In this document: piece after piece, positions 47,040 to 56,049 of the stretch
Numbering within the stretch: position 1 is the first letter of the stretch
How the letters are laid out: each line of letters begins with the position of its first letter
From: Solirubrobacterales bacterium
GTDB taxonomy: Bacteria > Actinomycetota > Thermoleophilia > Solirubrobacterales > 70-9
Assembly (NCBI GenBank): GCA_020438445.1
Contig: JAGQUO010000001.1
Location: 2,491 to 66,490, forward strand
Reading direction: 5' to 3'
DNA length: 64,000 nucleotides
Program-made: the position numbers and the translations under genes
The notes under the pieces: model-generated
Told to the model about the DNA's origin: nothing
Databases searched by the model: none
Seen by the model: the letters and a program-made list of their open reading frames with translations, nothing else

Positions 47040-48808
47040 CTGCTCCGGCTACGCCTCCGTCCCGTCGGCGTCGTCCCGTCCCTCGACGGCGGCCTCGGTG
47101 AGCTGCTCGGCCTCCGCGACGACCTCCTCCTCGGCCTCCTCCTCGGCAGCGGCCTCGGCCGACACCTCCTCCGCGACCTCGTCGGCGATCTCGGCCGCGT
47201 CCGCGTCCGCCACCGCCTCCGCGGCGACTTCCTCCGCGGCTTCGGCGGCGGCCTCCTCCACGGCGGCCTCCTCGACCGCCGCTTCGTCGGCAGCGGTCTC
47301 GACCGCGGCCTCGGCTTCGGCGGCGGCCTCGGGATCCTCCTCGGCCTCGACCGCTGCTGCGGCGTCCTCGAGGGCGACCTCGGCGTCGCCTCGTCGACGA
47401 CCTCCTCGACCTCCTCCGCTCCCGACGCGGTTTCGGCTTCGGCGAACTCCTCCTCGGCGCGGGCCACGATCGGCCCGACCTCGTCCTCGGGTGCGTCGGC
47501 CCGCGCGAGCAGGGCGACCTCGTCCTCGCTCAGGGGCGAGAGCACGGTCACCTGGTTGGTCCCGAAGCGCGCCAGCGCCTGGTGGGTCGGAAGCCCGCAG
47601 TAGTGCGAGTTGGGGAGCGCCGCGTTCGGGCACCGGCGGCCGGCCGAGAGGACCGCTGAGCAGCGGCCGTCGAAGACCTCTTCCTCGCCCTCGAAGCCCT
47701 CCTCGTCATCGGCCTGCTCGGCGAACTCGCTCTCGCCGACGATGTCGACCCGCCAGCCCGTGAGCTTCGCCGCGAGCCGCGCGTTCTGGCCCTCGCGGCC
47801 GATCGCCAGCGACAGCTGGTCGTCGGGCACGATCACGGTCGCCTGCCGCTCCTCGTCGTCGACGAGGACCTCGCGGACGCGGGCCGGCGACAGCGCCTTG
47901 GCCACGAACCGGGCGGGCTCCTCGTTGTAGGGGATGATGTCGATCTTCTCGCCGCGGAGCTCGGAGACGACCATGCGGACGCGCGAGCCGCGGGGGCCGA
48001 CGCAGGCGCCGACGGGATCGACGCCGTCGGCGTGGGAGATGACGGCGATCTTCGACCGGAAGCCGGGCTCGCGGGCGACACCGACGACCTCGACGAGCTC
48101 GTCGGCGATCTCGGGCACCTCGAGCGCGAACAGCTTCTTGATCAGCTCCGGGCTCTTCCGCGAGACGACGACGCTCGGACCCTTGCCGTCGGCGTTGACC
48201 TCCGTGATCACGGCCTTGATCCGCATGCCGTGGTCGTAGCGCTCGCTGTAGATCTGCTCGGACCGGGGCAGCAGCGCCTCGACGCGGTCGCGGAGCTGCA
48301 CCAGCGTGTAGCGGTTGTCGGACTGCTGGATGATCCCCGTGATCAGCTCGCCCACGCGGTCCTGGAACTCCTCGTACATCATCATCCGCTCGGCCTCGCG
48401 AATGCGCTGGAGGACGACCTGCTTGGCGGTCTGCGCCGCGATCCGGCCGAAGTTGTCAGGGGTCACGTCGCGTGACTCGATCTGGTCCTCGTAGGGCGCG
48501 AGCAGCTCGGGATCGAGCTCGGGGTCCTCGGGCTCCTTGAGCTGACCCGTCTGCGGATCGATCTCCGGCTCCTGCTCCTCGGCCGCCTGGGCGAGGAGCT
48601 TCTCCTCGAGCTCGGCGGGCAGGATCAGCTCGAAGACGCGGAAGTCAGCCGTCTCGCGATCGAGGTCGACGCGGGCGTACCTGGCGGCGCCCGGCTGCTT
48701 CTTGTACGCGGAGAGCAGCGCGTCCTCGAGCGCGGCCATCAGCGTCTCGGAGTCGAGCCCCTTCTCCTGCTCGAGGACCTTGATGGCATCGACGATCTCG
48801 CGGCTCAC
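47012..48808 (-). CDS. nusA: transcription termination/antitermination factor NusA, with a long atypical C-terminal extension (3' end uncertain, see findings)
   Basis: NusA N-domain, S1 and two KH domains ([49 protein letters not shown]). Residues beyond ~350 form a Cys-rich module and then low complexity. The ORF as given overlaps infB by 28 nt. Confidence 0.85.
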   Translation of the reverse strand: MSREIVDAIKVLEQEKGLDSETLMAALEDALLSAYKKQPGAARYARVDLDRETADFRVFELILPAELEEKLLAQAAEEQEPEIDPQTGQLKEPEDPELDPELLAPYEDQIESRDVTPDNFGRIAAQTAKQVVLQRIREAERMMMYEEFQDRVGELITGIIQQSDNRYTLVQLRDRVEALLPRSEQIYSERYDHGMRIKAVITEVNADGKGPSVVVSRKSPELIKKLFALEVPEIADELVEVVGVAREPGFRSKIAVISHADGVDPVGACVGPRGSRVRMVVSELRGEKIDIIPYNEEPARFVAKALSPARVREVLVDDEERQATVIVPDDQLSLAIGREGQNARLAAKLTGWRVDIVGESEFAEQADDEEGFEGEEEVFDGRCSAVLSAGRRCPNAALPNSHYCGLPTHQALARFGTNQVTVLSPLSEDEVALLARADAPEDEVGPIVARAEEEFAEAETASGAEEVEEVVDEATPRSPSRTPQQRSRPRRIPRPPPKPRPRSRPLPTKRRSRRPPWRRPPPKPRRKSPRRRWRTRTRPRSPTRSRRRCRPRPLPRRRPRRRSSRRPSSSPRPPSRDGTTPTGRRRSRSRWRSSASTR

Positions 48809-49239
48809 GACTGCACCTCCGAAGGCTCTGGGACAAGGTTCGAGCGGTTGATGAGATCGAACGGGATCTCGATCGTCTCCCCCTCGGACTCGATGCTGAC
48901 CGCCTCCGCATCAGCGGCGATCAGGCGTCCGGTGAAGTTCCTGCGGCCGCCGACGGGGTCCGTCGTCCGGATCCGCGCAGCATGGCCGGCGAACCGGGCG
49001 AAGTGCTCGGGCTTGACCAGGGGGCGGTCGAGACCCGGCGAGGAGACCTCGAGCGCGTAGTCGCCGAGCAGATCCCGGACCTGGACGGTCACGCGCTCGC
49101 AGAGCTCGAGGCCGACGCCGCCGGGGTGATCGATGAACAGCCGCAGCGTCTCGCGCGCCGGGGCCTGCACGGCGATCAGCTCGATCTCGGGATCGAGCTC
49201 GGCGATCTTGTCTGCGATCTCTGTTTCGGTGGGCTGCAT
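48805..49239 (-). CDS. rimP: ribosome maturation factor RimP
   Basis: LEVSSPGLDRPL motif. Lies upstream of nusA, and its stop overlaps the nusA GTG. Confidence 0.85.
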   Translation of the reverse strand: MQPTETEIADKIAELDPEIELIAVQAPARETLRLFIDHPGGVGLELCERVTVQVRDLLGDYALEVSSPGLDRPLVKPEHFARFAGHAARIRTTDPVGGRRNFTGRLIAADAEAVSIESEGETIEIPFDLINRSNLVPEPSEVQS

Positions 49240-49288
49240 CTGCGCTTTCCTCGGCTGGTTCGCTCCACCCCCGCTCCGATCGAGGCCG

Positions 49289-49314
49289 AAAAAAAGGCGG
49301 GCCGCAGGCCCACC
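49289..49314 (-). terminator. rho-independent terminator in the rimP leader (minus strand)
   Basis: On the minus strand: GGUGGGCC-UGC-GGCCCGCC (8 bp including one G-U pair) followed by U7. Confidence 0.7.
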
Positions 49315-49353
49315 TCTCGCAACGGGTTCGTATGCGGTCGAAGGTGTACGCCG

Positions 49354-49381
49354 AGTATAGCCACCGCGAATCGCCGATCAA
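49354..49381 (-). promoter_or_regulatory. candidate sigma-70-type promoter (TTGATC-16 nt-TATACT) upstream of the rimP-nusA-infB operon
   Basis: The minus strand reads TTGATC (49381-49376) and TATACT (49359-49354). This is unusually close to consensus for this GC-rich sequence. Confidence 0.45.
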
Positions 49382-49416
49382 GCGCGATTTCCGGCGATTG
49401 CAGGCGGCCGTTCCGC

Positions 49417-49833
49417 TCAGCTCTCGATCAGGAGGGTCACCGGGCCGTCGTTGACGAGCTCGACCTCCATCTGGGCTCCGAAGACCCCGCGCTCCGCCCC
49501 GAGCAGCTCGCAGACGAGGTCGTAGAGCGGCTCGGCCGCCTCGGGCGGGGCAGCCCCGGTGAAGCTCGGGCGGTTGCCCTTGCGGACGTCACCGTAGAGC
49601 GTGAACTGGCTCACGCAGAGGATCTCGCGATCGCCGATCGGCTCCGACATCCGTCCCGCCTCGTCGTCGAAGATCCGCAGCGCCCGCAGCTTGCGGGCGG
49701 TCCGGCGCGCCTCGTCCTCGCCGTCCTCCCGTGCCACCCCGAGCAGGACCAGCATCCCGGGCCCGATCGCGCCCGCGGTCGTGCCCTCGACCCTGACGGC
49801 CGCCGACGCGACCCGTTGAACCAGCGCGCGCAC
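49417..49833 (-). CDS. dtd: D-aminoacyl-tRNA deacylase
   Basis: MRALVQRV, SQFTLYGD, GNRPSF. Confidence 0.9.
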   Translation of the reverse strand: MRALVQRVASAAVRVEGTTAGAIGPGMLVLLGVAREDGEDEARRTARKLRALRIFDDEAGRMSEPIGDREILCVSQFTLYGDVRKGNRPSFTGAAPPEAAEPLYDLVCELLGAERGVFGAQMEVELVNDGPVTLLIES

Positions 49834-49836
49834 GAC

Positions 49837-50202
49837 TCAGGAGGCGCGCAGGCGCTGCCGGTAGATCCGGTAGTCCTCGCGGTCGGGCCGCAGGTTGGCC
49901 GCGATCGCGAGGTGGCGACGAGCGGCGTCCGAGCGGCCGCTGAGGTCGAGCGCCCGGCCGAGGCAGAAGTGCGCGAAGTCGTTGGTCGGGTACTGCTCGA
50001 CCACGGCCTCGAACTCGGTCGCCGCCTCCCGGAACCGCCGCGAGCGGAACAGTGCGCGCCCGAGCGCCTCGCGCACCGACGTCTTGCCGGGCTCCCGGGA
50101 GGCGACCTTCGCCAGCGGCACGGTCGCGGCCGCGTAGTCGCCGTTCTCGAGCAGCTCGATGCCGCGCGTGTACAGCGTGTAGGTGTCCTCGTTCTCGGCC
50201 AT
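49837..50202 (-). CDS. tetratricopeptide repeat protein
   Basis: About three TPR-like helical repeats (YTRGIELLENGDYAAA..., LGRALFRSRRFREAATEF..., LGRALDLSGRSDAARRHL). Confidence 0.65.
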   Translation of the reverse strand: MAENEDTYTLYTRGIELLENGDYAAATVPLAKVASREPGKTSVREALGRALFRSRRFREAATEFEAVVEQYPTNDFAHFCLGRALDLSGRSDAARRHLAIAANLRPDREDYRIYRQRLRAS

Positions 50203-50444
50203 GGAGCCGAGTCTACGGAGGGTGTAAAGGAGGGCCGCGCCGGGTTTCGGGTCGCGCCGAGCCGCGGGCGTCGAGTGTGTTCGGGTTCAGCAGTGACCGG
50301 AGGTTGCCGGGGCTGCAGCGCCTCGCCCCGGGTCGATGACCCAGTGCCTCAACTGCAGGAAACCCTGCTCCAGCGGGGAGAACTTGCAGTTCGCGGCCAG
50401 ACGACACCTGAGCAGCGCTCGGCCCGCGCCCCTCACTGCCGAAT

Positions 50445-50469
50445 CCCCTCGCCCGCTGCGGGCGAGGGG
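50445..50469 (-). terminator. GC-rich hairpin just downstream of cdsA (candidate terminator, no U-tract)
   Basis: CCCCTCGCCCG-ctg-CGGGCGAGGGG: an 11-bp stem, 20 nt after the cdsA stop. Confidence 0.4.
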
Positions 50470-50488
50470 AGGCGTCAGCCGGCTGCCC

Positions 50489-51502
50489 CTAGTAGACGAT
50501 CGCCAGCGCCAGGTAATAGCCGGCGACGATCGTGAACAGGACCGCGTCGAGCCGGTCGAGCAGTCCCCCGTGCGGTCCGAGCATCCGGCCCGTGTCCTTG
50601 ACGTCGAGGTCGCGTTTGATCGCCGACTCGAAGAGATCGCCGAGCGGGGCGAGGATGGCGATGCAGAAGCCGAACAGGAGGGCCTGCGGGCCGCTCAGCC
50701 AGTCCTGGTAGAGCCCCGCCAGCCAGAAGCCGAGGACGCCGCCGACGATGCCGATCAGAAGGCCCTCGATCGTCTTGTTGGGGCTGACCTGCGGCGCCAG
50801 CGACCGCTGTCCGAACAGGCGCCCGCCGAGGTAGGCGAACGTGTCCGTGAAGAACGTCGCGACGAGGACGTCGACCAGCAGCGCCCCGCCGTGGAGCGGG
50901 AGCTCGCGGAGCAGGACCGCGTGGGCGAACGGGAGGCCGATCCAGACGAGCGCCAGCATCGTCATCGCGAGCGACCAGGTGACGTTCTTCAGTGACGGCC
51001 GAGCGAGCGCGAAGACGAGCATGACCGGCACCGTGGCCACGAGTGCGAGCAGGATCTGGAAGGACGAGCCGAAGTAGGCCGCCGCGACCATCCCGGCCGT
51101 GCCGGCGAAGGCGGCGGCCTCGAATGGCCGCGAACGCGCCGTCATCCGGAACAGCTCGATCTGCACGGCCCACGCGAGCCCGACCGCCGCGACCGCGAAC
51201 ACGGGCCCCCCGACGGCGACGATGAACACCGCGAAGACGATCCAGGGGATCGCCCAGAGGACCCGGGCGATCGTCTCCGACCGGCGGCCACCGCCGCTCT
51301 TGTTCGCCGCCCGGCGCCGGAACCGCCGCCCCCCGCTGCGCGCGGCAGGCTCCGGCTCGGCCTCGGTCCCGGGCGCGGGTACCGGCGCGCTCTCCCCGGT
51401 CTCAGCTTCAGGCTCCGGTTCCGGCGGGAACGAGAACGGGGACTCGCCCTGCGGGCTCTCCCGCCGCGGCCGCGACGATCCGGGTCGAGGGGGAAAGTCC
51501 AT
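50489..51502 (-). CDS. cdsA: phosphatidate cytidylyltransferase
   Basis: C-terminal signature GDLFESAIKRDLDVKDTG...GPHGGLLDRLD and multiple TM helices. A ~75-aa Pro/Glu-rich N-terminal extension is present. The ATG at 51502 is the only in-frame Met codon upstream of the membrane domain. Confidence 0.85.
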   Translation of the reverse strand: MDFPPRPGSSRPRRESPQGESPFSFPPEPEPEAETGESAPVPAPGTEAEPEPAARSGGRRFRRRAANKSGGGRRSETIARVLWAIPWIVFAVFIVAVGGPVFAVAAVGLAWAVQIELFRMTARSRPFEAAAFAGTAGMVAAAYFGSSFQILLALVATVPVMLVFALARPSLKNVTWSLAMTMLALVWIGLPFAHAVLLRELPLHGGALLVDVLVATFFTDTFAYLGGRLFGQRSLAPQVSPNKTIEGLLIGIVGGVLGFWLAGLYQDWLSGPQALLFGFCIAILAPLGDLFESAIKRDLDVKDTGRMLGPHGGLLDRLDAVLFTIVAGYYLALAIVY

Positions 51503-51573
51503 TCACCCGAGCCTATCCGCGCCACAGGGAGCGGCGGCGCCGCGCCGCCGCTCCCTGCAACGATCCGGGCCGT

Positions 51574-52131
51574 TCAGGCGGTCTTCTCGTCCTCGGCGAG
51601 GATCGCGTAGATCCCGCGCCTCGTCTCGTCCAGGAGCTCGCGGATCCGGACGCGCTGGCTCTCGTCGGCCGCCTGGAATGCCTGCGAGGCCGCCGCGGCG
51701 AGCTGCTTCAGCGATCTTCCGAGCTGAACCGACTCGGGCGGCGCCCCCGAGCGCACCTGCTCCCAGGGCGCGGTCTCGCCGCCGCCCTCCTCGACCGTGG
51801 TCCTGCCGTCGGCTGTGAGGGTGAAGAGCCGCTTGCCTTCGGCGTCGGCGCCGCTGATCAGGCCCTGCTCCTCGAGCAGCTGCAGCGTCGGGTAGATCGA
51901 GCCGGCGCTGGGCTTCCAGTAGCCGCCGCTCCGGTCCTCGATCTCCTTGATCATCTCGTAGCCGTGCATCTGCCGCTCGGCGAGGAGGGCGAGAACCGCC
52001 GCACGGACGTCGCCCCGGCGCGCTCGGGGCCCGCCCCGGCTGCGCCACGGCGACGCACCGCCGCGGTGGTGGTGATGGTGATGCCGCGGCCCGCGCTGAT
52101 GCGGGCCTGCGAACCGTTTGCGTGAGTACAT
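51574..52131 (-). CDS. PadR family transcriptional regulator
   Basis: Winged helix VRAAVLALLAERQMHGYEMIKEIEDRSGGYWKPSAGSIYPTLQLLEEQGLI. Basic N-terminal tail with an HHHHHH run. Confidence 0.85.
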   Translation of the reverse strand: MYSRKRFAGPHQRGPRHHHHHHRGGASPWRSRGGPRARRGDVRAAVLALLAERQMHGYEMIKEIEDRSGGYWKPSAGSIYPTLQLLEEQGLISGADAEGKRLFTLTADGRTTVEEGGGETAPWEQVRSGAPPESVQLGRSLKQLAAAASQAFQAADESQRVRIRELLDETRRGIYAILAEDEKTA

Positions 52132-52168
52132 GTCGAACCTCTCGTCCGATGTCGTTTCCGTACTAACG

Positions 52169-52178
52169 CGATATATCG
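52169..52178. promoter_or_regulatory. AT-rich perfect palindrome CGATATATCG upstream of padR (candidate operator and/or -10 region)
   Basis: A perfect 10-bp palindrome 38 nt upstream of the padR ATG, in the 91-bp uppS-padR spacer. It is the most AT-rich spot locally. Confidence 0.3.
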
Positions 52179-52222
52179 TAATGGATCGCCTGCGGAAGTC
52201 AAGCCGGCGGCCGGCAGGCTCG

Positions 52223-52915
52223 CTACTCCCTCGCGCCGAACCGCCGCTGCCGAGAGGCGTACTCGCCGAGCGCCGACTCGAGCTCCGCCCGGTCGAAGTC
52301 GGGCCAGAGTACGTCGCTGAAGATCAGCTCCGAATAGGCGCTCTGCCAGAGCAGGAAGTTCGAGAGGCGCTTCTCGCCGCTGGTCCTGATCACCAGCTCG
52401 GGGTCGCTCATCTCAGGCACGTAGAGGAGCTGCGAGAAGGCCTCCTCCCCTCCCCCTTCGTAACGCTCGGCGGCGTCGAGGATCTCCGCCCTGCCCCCGT
52501 AGTTGAACGCGACGAACAGCTCGAGGCGGGCGTTGTCGCCGGTTTCGCGCTCCGCCCAGTCCATCTGCGCCAGCAGCTCGTCCGACACACCCCGGCGACG
52601 GCCCACGAAGCGCATCCGCACGCCCTCTTCGTCGAGCTCGGGAGTCTCGGAGACGATCAGCTCGGCGAACATCCGCATCAGTCCGGCCACCTCGTCGCCG
52701 GGCCGCGACCAGTTCTCGGTCGAGAAGGCGTAGACGGTCAGCTCGCGGATCCCCAGCGCGACGGCGTCCTTGACCGTCTGCTTCATGGTCTCGGCGCCGC
52801 GCCTGTGTCCTTCGAGCACCGGCAGCCCGCGCTCGGTCGCCCAGCGCCCGTTGCCGTCCATGATGATCGCGACCCTGGTCGCGCCGGCCGCGCCGGAAGG
52901 CTCCGAGGCCGTCAC
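52223..52915 (-). CDS. uppS: isoprenyl transferase (undecaprenyl diphosphate synthase)
   Basis: IIMDGNGRWA, TVYAFSTENW, RTSGEKRLSNFLLWQ. Confidence 0.93.
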   Translation of the reverse strand: MTASEPSGAAGATRVAIIMDGNGRWATERGLPVLEGHRRGAETMKQTVKDAVALGIRELTVYAFSTENWSRPGDEVAGLMRMFAELIVSETPELDEEGVRMRFVGRRRGVSDELLAQMDWAERETGDNARLELFVAFNYGGRAEILDAAERYEGGGEEAFSQLLYVPEMSDPELVIRTSGEKRLSNFLLWQSAYSELIFSDVLWPDFDRAELESALGEYASRQRRFGARE

Positions 52916-53481
52916 TAGACGGTCAGGATCTCCTCTTCCTTGCCCTTGACGAGCGCGTCGATCTCGCCGGTCGCCCTGTCGGTCAGCTTCTGGAGCTCCG
53001 ACTCGGCACGGTGCTCTTCGTCCTCGCCGACGTCACCGTCCTTCTTCATGTCGCGCATGTCTCCCATGATGTCGCGGCGGACGTTGCGGATCGCCACCCG
53101 GCCCTCCTCCGCGACGCCGTGGATGACCTTGACCATCTCGCGGCGGCGCTCCTCGGTCATCTCCGGGATCTGCAGGCGGATGACGTTGCCGTCGTTGTTC
53201 GGCGTCAGGCCGACGTCCGATTCGTTGATCGCCTTCTCGATCGCGCCGAGCGAGCTCTTGTCGTAGGGGGTGACGGTCAGCAGGCGAGCATCGGAGGCGG
53301 CGACGTTCGAGAGCTGGCTCAGGGGCGTCTCCGCCCCGTAGTAGTCGACGATGATCCGGTCGAGGAGGTGGGGCGAAGCTCGCCCGGTGCGCACGGTGGC
53401 GAGCTCGTTGCGGGTCGACTCCACGGACTTCGTCATCCGCTCCCCGGCGTCGGCCAGCAGCTCGTCGATCAGCTCGTTCAA
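52915..53481 (-). CDS. frr: ribosome recycling factor
   Basis: [13 protein letters not shown] and IRNVRRD. Position between pyrH and uppS. TTG start. Confidence 0.95.
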   Translation of the reverse strand: MNELIDELLADAGERMTKSVESTRNELATVRTGRASPHLLDRIIVDYYGAETPLSQLSNVAASDARLLTVTPYDKSSLGAIEKAINESDVGLTPNNDGNVIRLQIPEMTEERRREMVKVIHGVAEEGRVAIRNVRRDIMGDMRDMKKDGDVGEDEEHRAESELQKLTDRATGEIDALVKGKEEEILTV

Positions 53482-54266
53482 GTCCCTTGCTCCTCTCGGT
53501 TCGACGACACGACCGTGCCGACCCGCTCTCCGCGAACGATCCTATCTATGTTCGATTCGTCCGCCATGTTGAAGACGTGGATCGGGAGGTCGTTGTCCAT
53601 GCACAGCGACAGAGCGGTCGAATCCATCACCCGGAGGCCGCGCTCGATCGCCTCCCGGTGGGTGATCGCGGGCAGGAACTTCGCGTCCGGCACCTTCGCG
53701 GGGTCGGCGTCGTAGACGCCCTCGACCCCGTGCTTGGCCATCAGGATCGCCTCGGCGTGGATCTCCAGGGCCCGCAGGGACGCCGCGGTGTCGGTCGTGA
53801 AGAACGGATTGCCCGTGCCGGCGGCGAAGATCACCACGCGGCCCTTCTCGAGGTGGCGCATGGCCCGCCTGCGGATGTATGGCTCGGCGACCTCGCTCAC
53901 CTCGATCGCCGACATCACCCGGGTGTCCGTTCCCTGCTTCTCGAGGGCGTCCTGCAGGGTCAGCGCGTTGAGGACGGTCGCCAGCATTCCCATGTAGTCG
54001 GCCGTCGCCCGGTCCATGCCCGCGGCCGCCCCCTGCAGGCCACGGTAGATGTTGCCGGCACCGACGACGACCGCGATCTCGACGCCGCCGCGGCGGACGT
54101 GGGTGACCTGGTCGGCGATCCGCTGCACCCGCTCGTGGTCGGTGCCGTACTCGAGCTCGCCCATCAGGGCCTCGCCCGAGAGCTTCAGCATGATCCGGTC
54201 GAAGACCCGGTCGCCTGTCACCTCAGGGGCCATCTCCGGCGCCTCGGGGCCGTCAGTCCTCGGCAC
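53478..54266 (-). CDS. pyrH: UMP kinase
   Basis: [30 protein letters not shown]. An alternative ATG lies at 54233. Confidence 0.93.
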   Translation of the reverse strand: MPRTDGPEAPEMAPEVTGDRVFDRIMLKLSGEALMGELEYGTDHERVQRIADQVTHVRRGGVEIAVVVGAGNIYRGLQGAAAGMDRATADYMGMLATVLNALTLQDALEKQGTDTRVMSAIEVSEVAEPYIRRRAMRHLEKGRVVIFAAGTGNPFFTTDTAASLRALEIHAEAILMAKHGVEGVYDADPAKVPDAKFLPAITHREAIERGLRVMDSTALSLCMDNDLPIHVFNMADESNIDRIVRGERVGTVVSSNREEQGT

Positions 54267-54867
54267 CGACTTCGAAGCGGGCGAACCTGGCTATCCGGAT
54301 GTTCTCGCCCGTCTTGGCGGCGGCCTCCTCGCGGAGCTCCTCGATCGTCTTCCCCTCGTGCTTGTCGGCGTTGACGTGGGGCTGCTCGAGCAGGGCGATC
54401 TCCTTGCGCCACTTGGCGAGCTGGCCCTCGACGATCCGCTCGCGCACGTTCTCGGGCTTGCCCTCCTCGGCCGCCTTCTGCTCGAAGACGGCCCGCTCGG
54501 ACTGCTCCTCCTCCGCCGGCACGTCCTCGGCGGCGACATACCGCGGCGCCGCCGCTGCGACGTGGAGCGCGACCTCGGCGGCGAACGCCTTGAAGTCGTC
54601 GTTGCGGGCGACGAAGTCGGTCTCGCACTGGATCTCGACCAGGACCCCGATCTTGCCGGTGGCGTGGACGTAGGAGCTGACGATCCCCTCGCCGGTGCTG
54701 CGCCCGCTGCGCTTGGCGGCCGACGCCTGCCCCTTCACCCGCAGCAGCTCGATCGCCTTGTCCATGTCGCCGCCGGCCTCGGTCAGGGCCGACTTGCAGT
54801 CCATCATCGCCGCGCCCGTGCGCTCGCGCAGCGCCTTGACGTCGGCCGCAGTGATCTCGGTGCTCAC
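54253..54867 (-). CDS. tsf: translation elongation factor Ts (short form)
   Basis: UBA-like N-domain [19 protein letters not shown], and [13 protein letters not shown]. Confidence 0.93.
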   Translation of the reverse strand: MSTEITAADVKALRERTGAAMMDCKSALTEAGGDMDKAIELLRVKGQASAAKRSGRSTGEGIVSSYVHATGKIGVLVEIQCETDFVARNDDFKAFAAEVALHVAAAAPRYVAAEDVPAEEEQSERAVFEQKAAEEGKPENVRERIVEGQLAKWRKEIALLEQPHVNADKHEGKTIEELREEAAAKTGENIRIARFARFEVGAED

Positions 54868-55904
54868 TTGTCACCACTTTCGCTCGCGCCGCCGGCGGCG
54901 GCGGTCTGTCCGGGCTCCGCCGCAGCAGTGGCTTCCGCAGGCTCTTCGGCGGGCGCAGCCTCCTCGGACTTCGGCTCCGCGGGCTTCGGCTCCGCGGGCT
55001 TCGGAGCGGGCGGCGCCGGCTTCTGGGCCGCGGCTCCGGTCTGCCCCGGCGCCTCGGATTCGGCCTTCGCAGCGGCCTCCGCCTCGGCCTTCGCCGCCGC
55101 CTCGGCCGCCTTCTTGGCCTCCTCCTCCTCGCGCTTGCGGCGCTGCTCCTCCTCGCGCTTCTTCCGCTCCTCCTCCTCGCGCTTGCGGCGGGCGTCCTCG
55201 GCCTGCTGCCAGGCGGTGGCGGAGCTCAGGATCTCACCGCCGAGCGTCCCGACGATCAACTCGCACGATCGGATCGCGTCGTCGTTGCCGGGGATGACGT
55301 ACTCGACCGGGCGGGGGTTGCAGTTGGTGTCGACGAGGGCGACGATCGGGATTCCGAGGCGGGTCGCCTCGTTGACCGCGATCTCCTCCGCGTTGAGGTC
55401 GATCACGAGGATCGCATCCGGCGGGCGCTGCATGTCGCGGACGCCTCCGAGGTTGTACTCGAGCTTCCTGAGCTCGGCCTCGCGCGCCATCCGCTCCTTC
55501 GTCGGCAGCAGGGCGAGCTGGCCGTTGGCCTCGAGATCGGTGAGCTCGTGCAGCCGCTTGATCCGCTTCGAGATCGTGCCGAAGTTGGTCAGCAGCCCGC
55601 CGAGCCAACGGCGGCTGACGTACGGCATTCCCGTCTTCTCGGCCCACTCCTCGATCGTGTCCCGAGCCTGCTTCTTGGTCCCGACGAAGAGGACCTTCCC
55701 GCCGCGGCCGGCGACGTCGGCGCAGAACGCGCGCGCCTCGCCGAGCAGCTCCTCGGTCTGCAGCAGGTCGATGATGTGGATCCCGTCGCGCTCGCCGTGG
55801 ATGTAGCGGCGCATCGCCGGGTTCCAGCGCCTGGTCTGGTGCCCGAAGTGGACTCCGGCTTCGAGCAGCTCCTTGATGCCGGTATCGGCATTCGAGTCGG
55901 TCAT
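54864..55904 (-). CDS. rpsB: 30S ribosomal protein S2 with a ~90-aa charged/Ala-Pro-rich C-terminal extension
   Basis: LLEAGVHFGHQTRRWNP and GGLLTNF. ATG at 55904 chosen because the 513-aa ORF in the track only adds upstream Arg/Pro-rich sequence. Confidence 0.95.
   Translation of the reverse strand: MTDSNADTGIKELLEAGVHFGHQTRRWNPAMRRYIHGERDGIHIIDLLQTEELLGEARAFCADVAGRGGKVLFVGTKKQARDTIEEWAEKTGMPYVSRRWLGGLLTNFGTISKRIKRLHELTDLEANGQLALLPTKERMAREAELRKLEYNLGGVRDMQRPPDAILVIDLNAEEIAVNEATRLGIPIVALVDTNCNPRPVEYVIPGNDDAIRSCELIVGTLGGEILSSATAWQQAEDARRKREEEERKKREEEQRRKREEEEAKKAAEAAAKAEAEAAAKAESEAPGQTGAAAQKPAPPAPKPAEPKPAEPKSEEAAPAEEPAEATAAAEPGQTAAAGGASESGDK
54968..55009. repeat. short in-frame tandem repeat (15-nt unit, about 2.8 copies) inside the rpsB tail
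   Basis: CTTCGGCTCCGCGGG occurs twice, followed by a partial copy. It encodes the PAEPK repeats. Confidence 0.6.
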
Positions 55905-56049
55905 TGGTTTTCCCTTTTTCCTCTGAGATTCCGGCCGGCCGAGCCTCGCGGGGACCCGGGTGGAGCCGGGCAGGGCCCACGATCGCTCGGGCGACCGCTT
56001 CGATTGCGGATGCGAGTCTAGATCAACTCCGCGCTCGCCGGGGGACGGC

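Noticed and set aside
47040-47700. Search for a separate ylxR (DUF448) or L7Ae-like gene between nusA and infB.
   Set aside because: No independent start/RBS or R-x-C-x-x-C type YlxR motif was found. The region is better explained as a NusA C-terminal extension (see the finding).
54968-55009. Short tandem repeats, considered as a possible CRISPR or VNTR locus.
   Set aside because: About 2.8 contiguous copies of a 15-nt unit with no spacers, in frame within the rpsB tail. It is a coding low-complexity repeat, not a CRISPR array.
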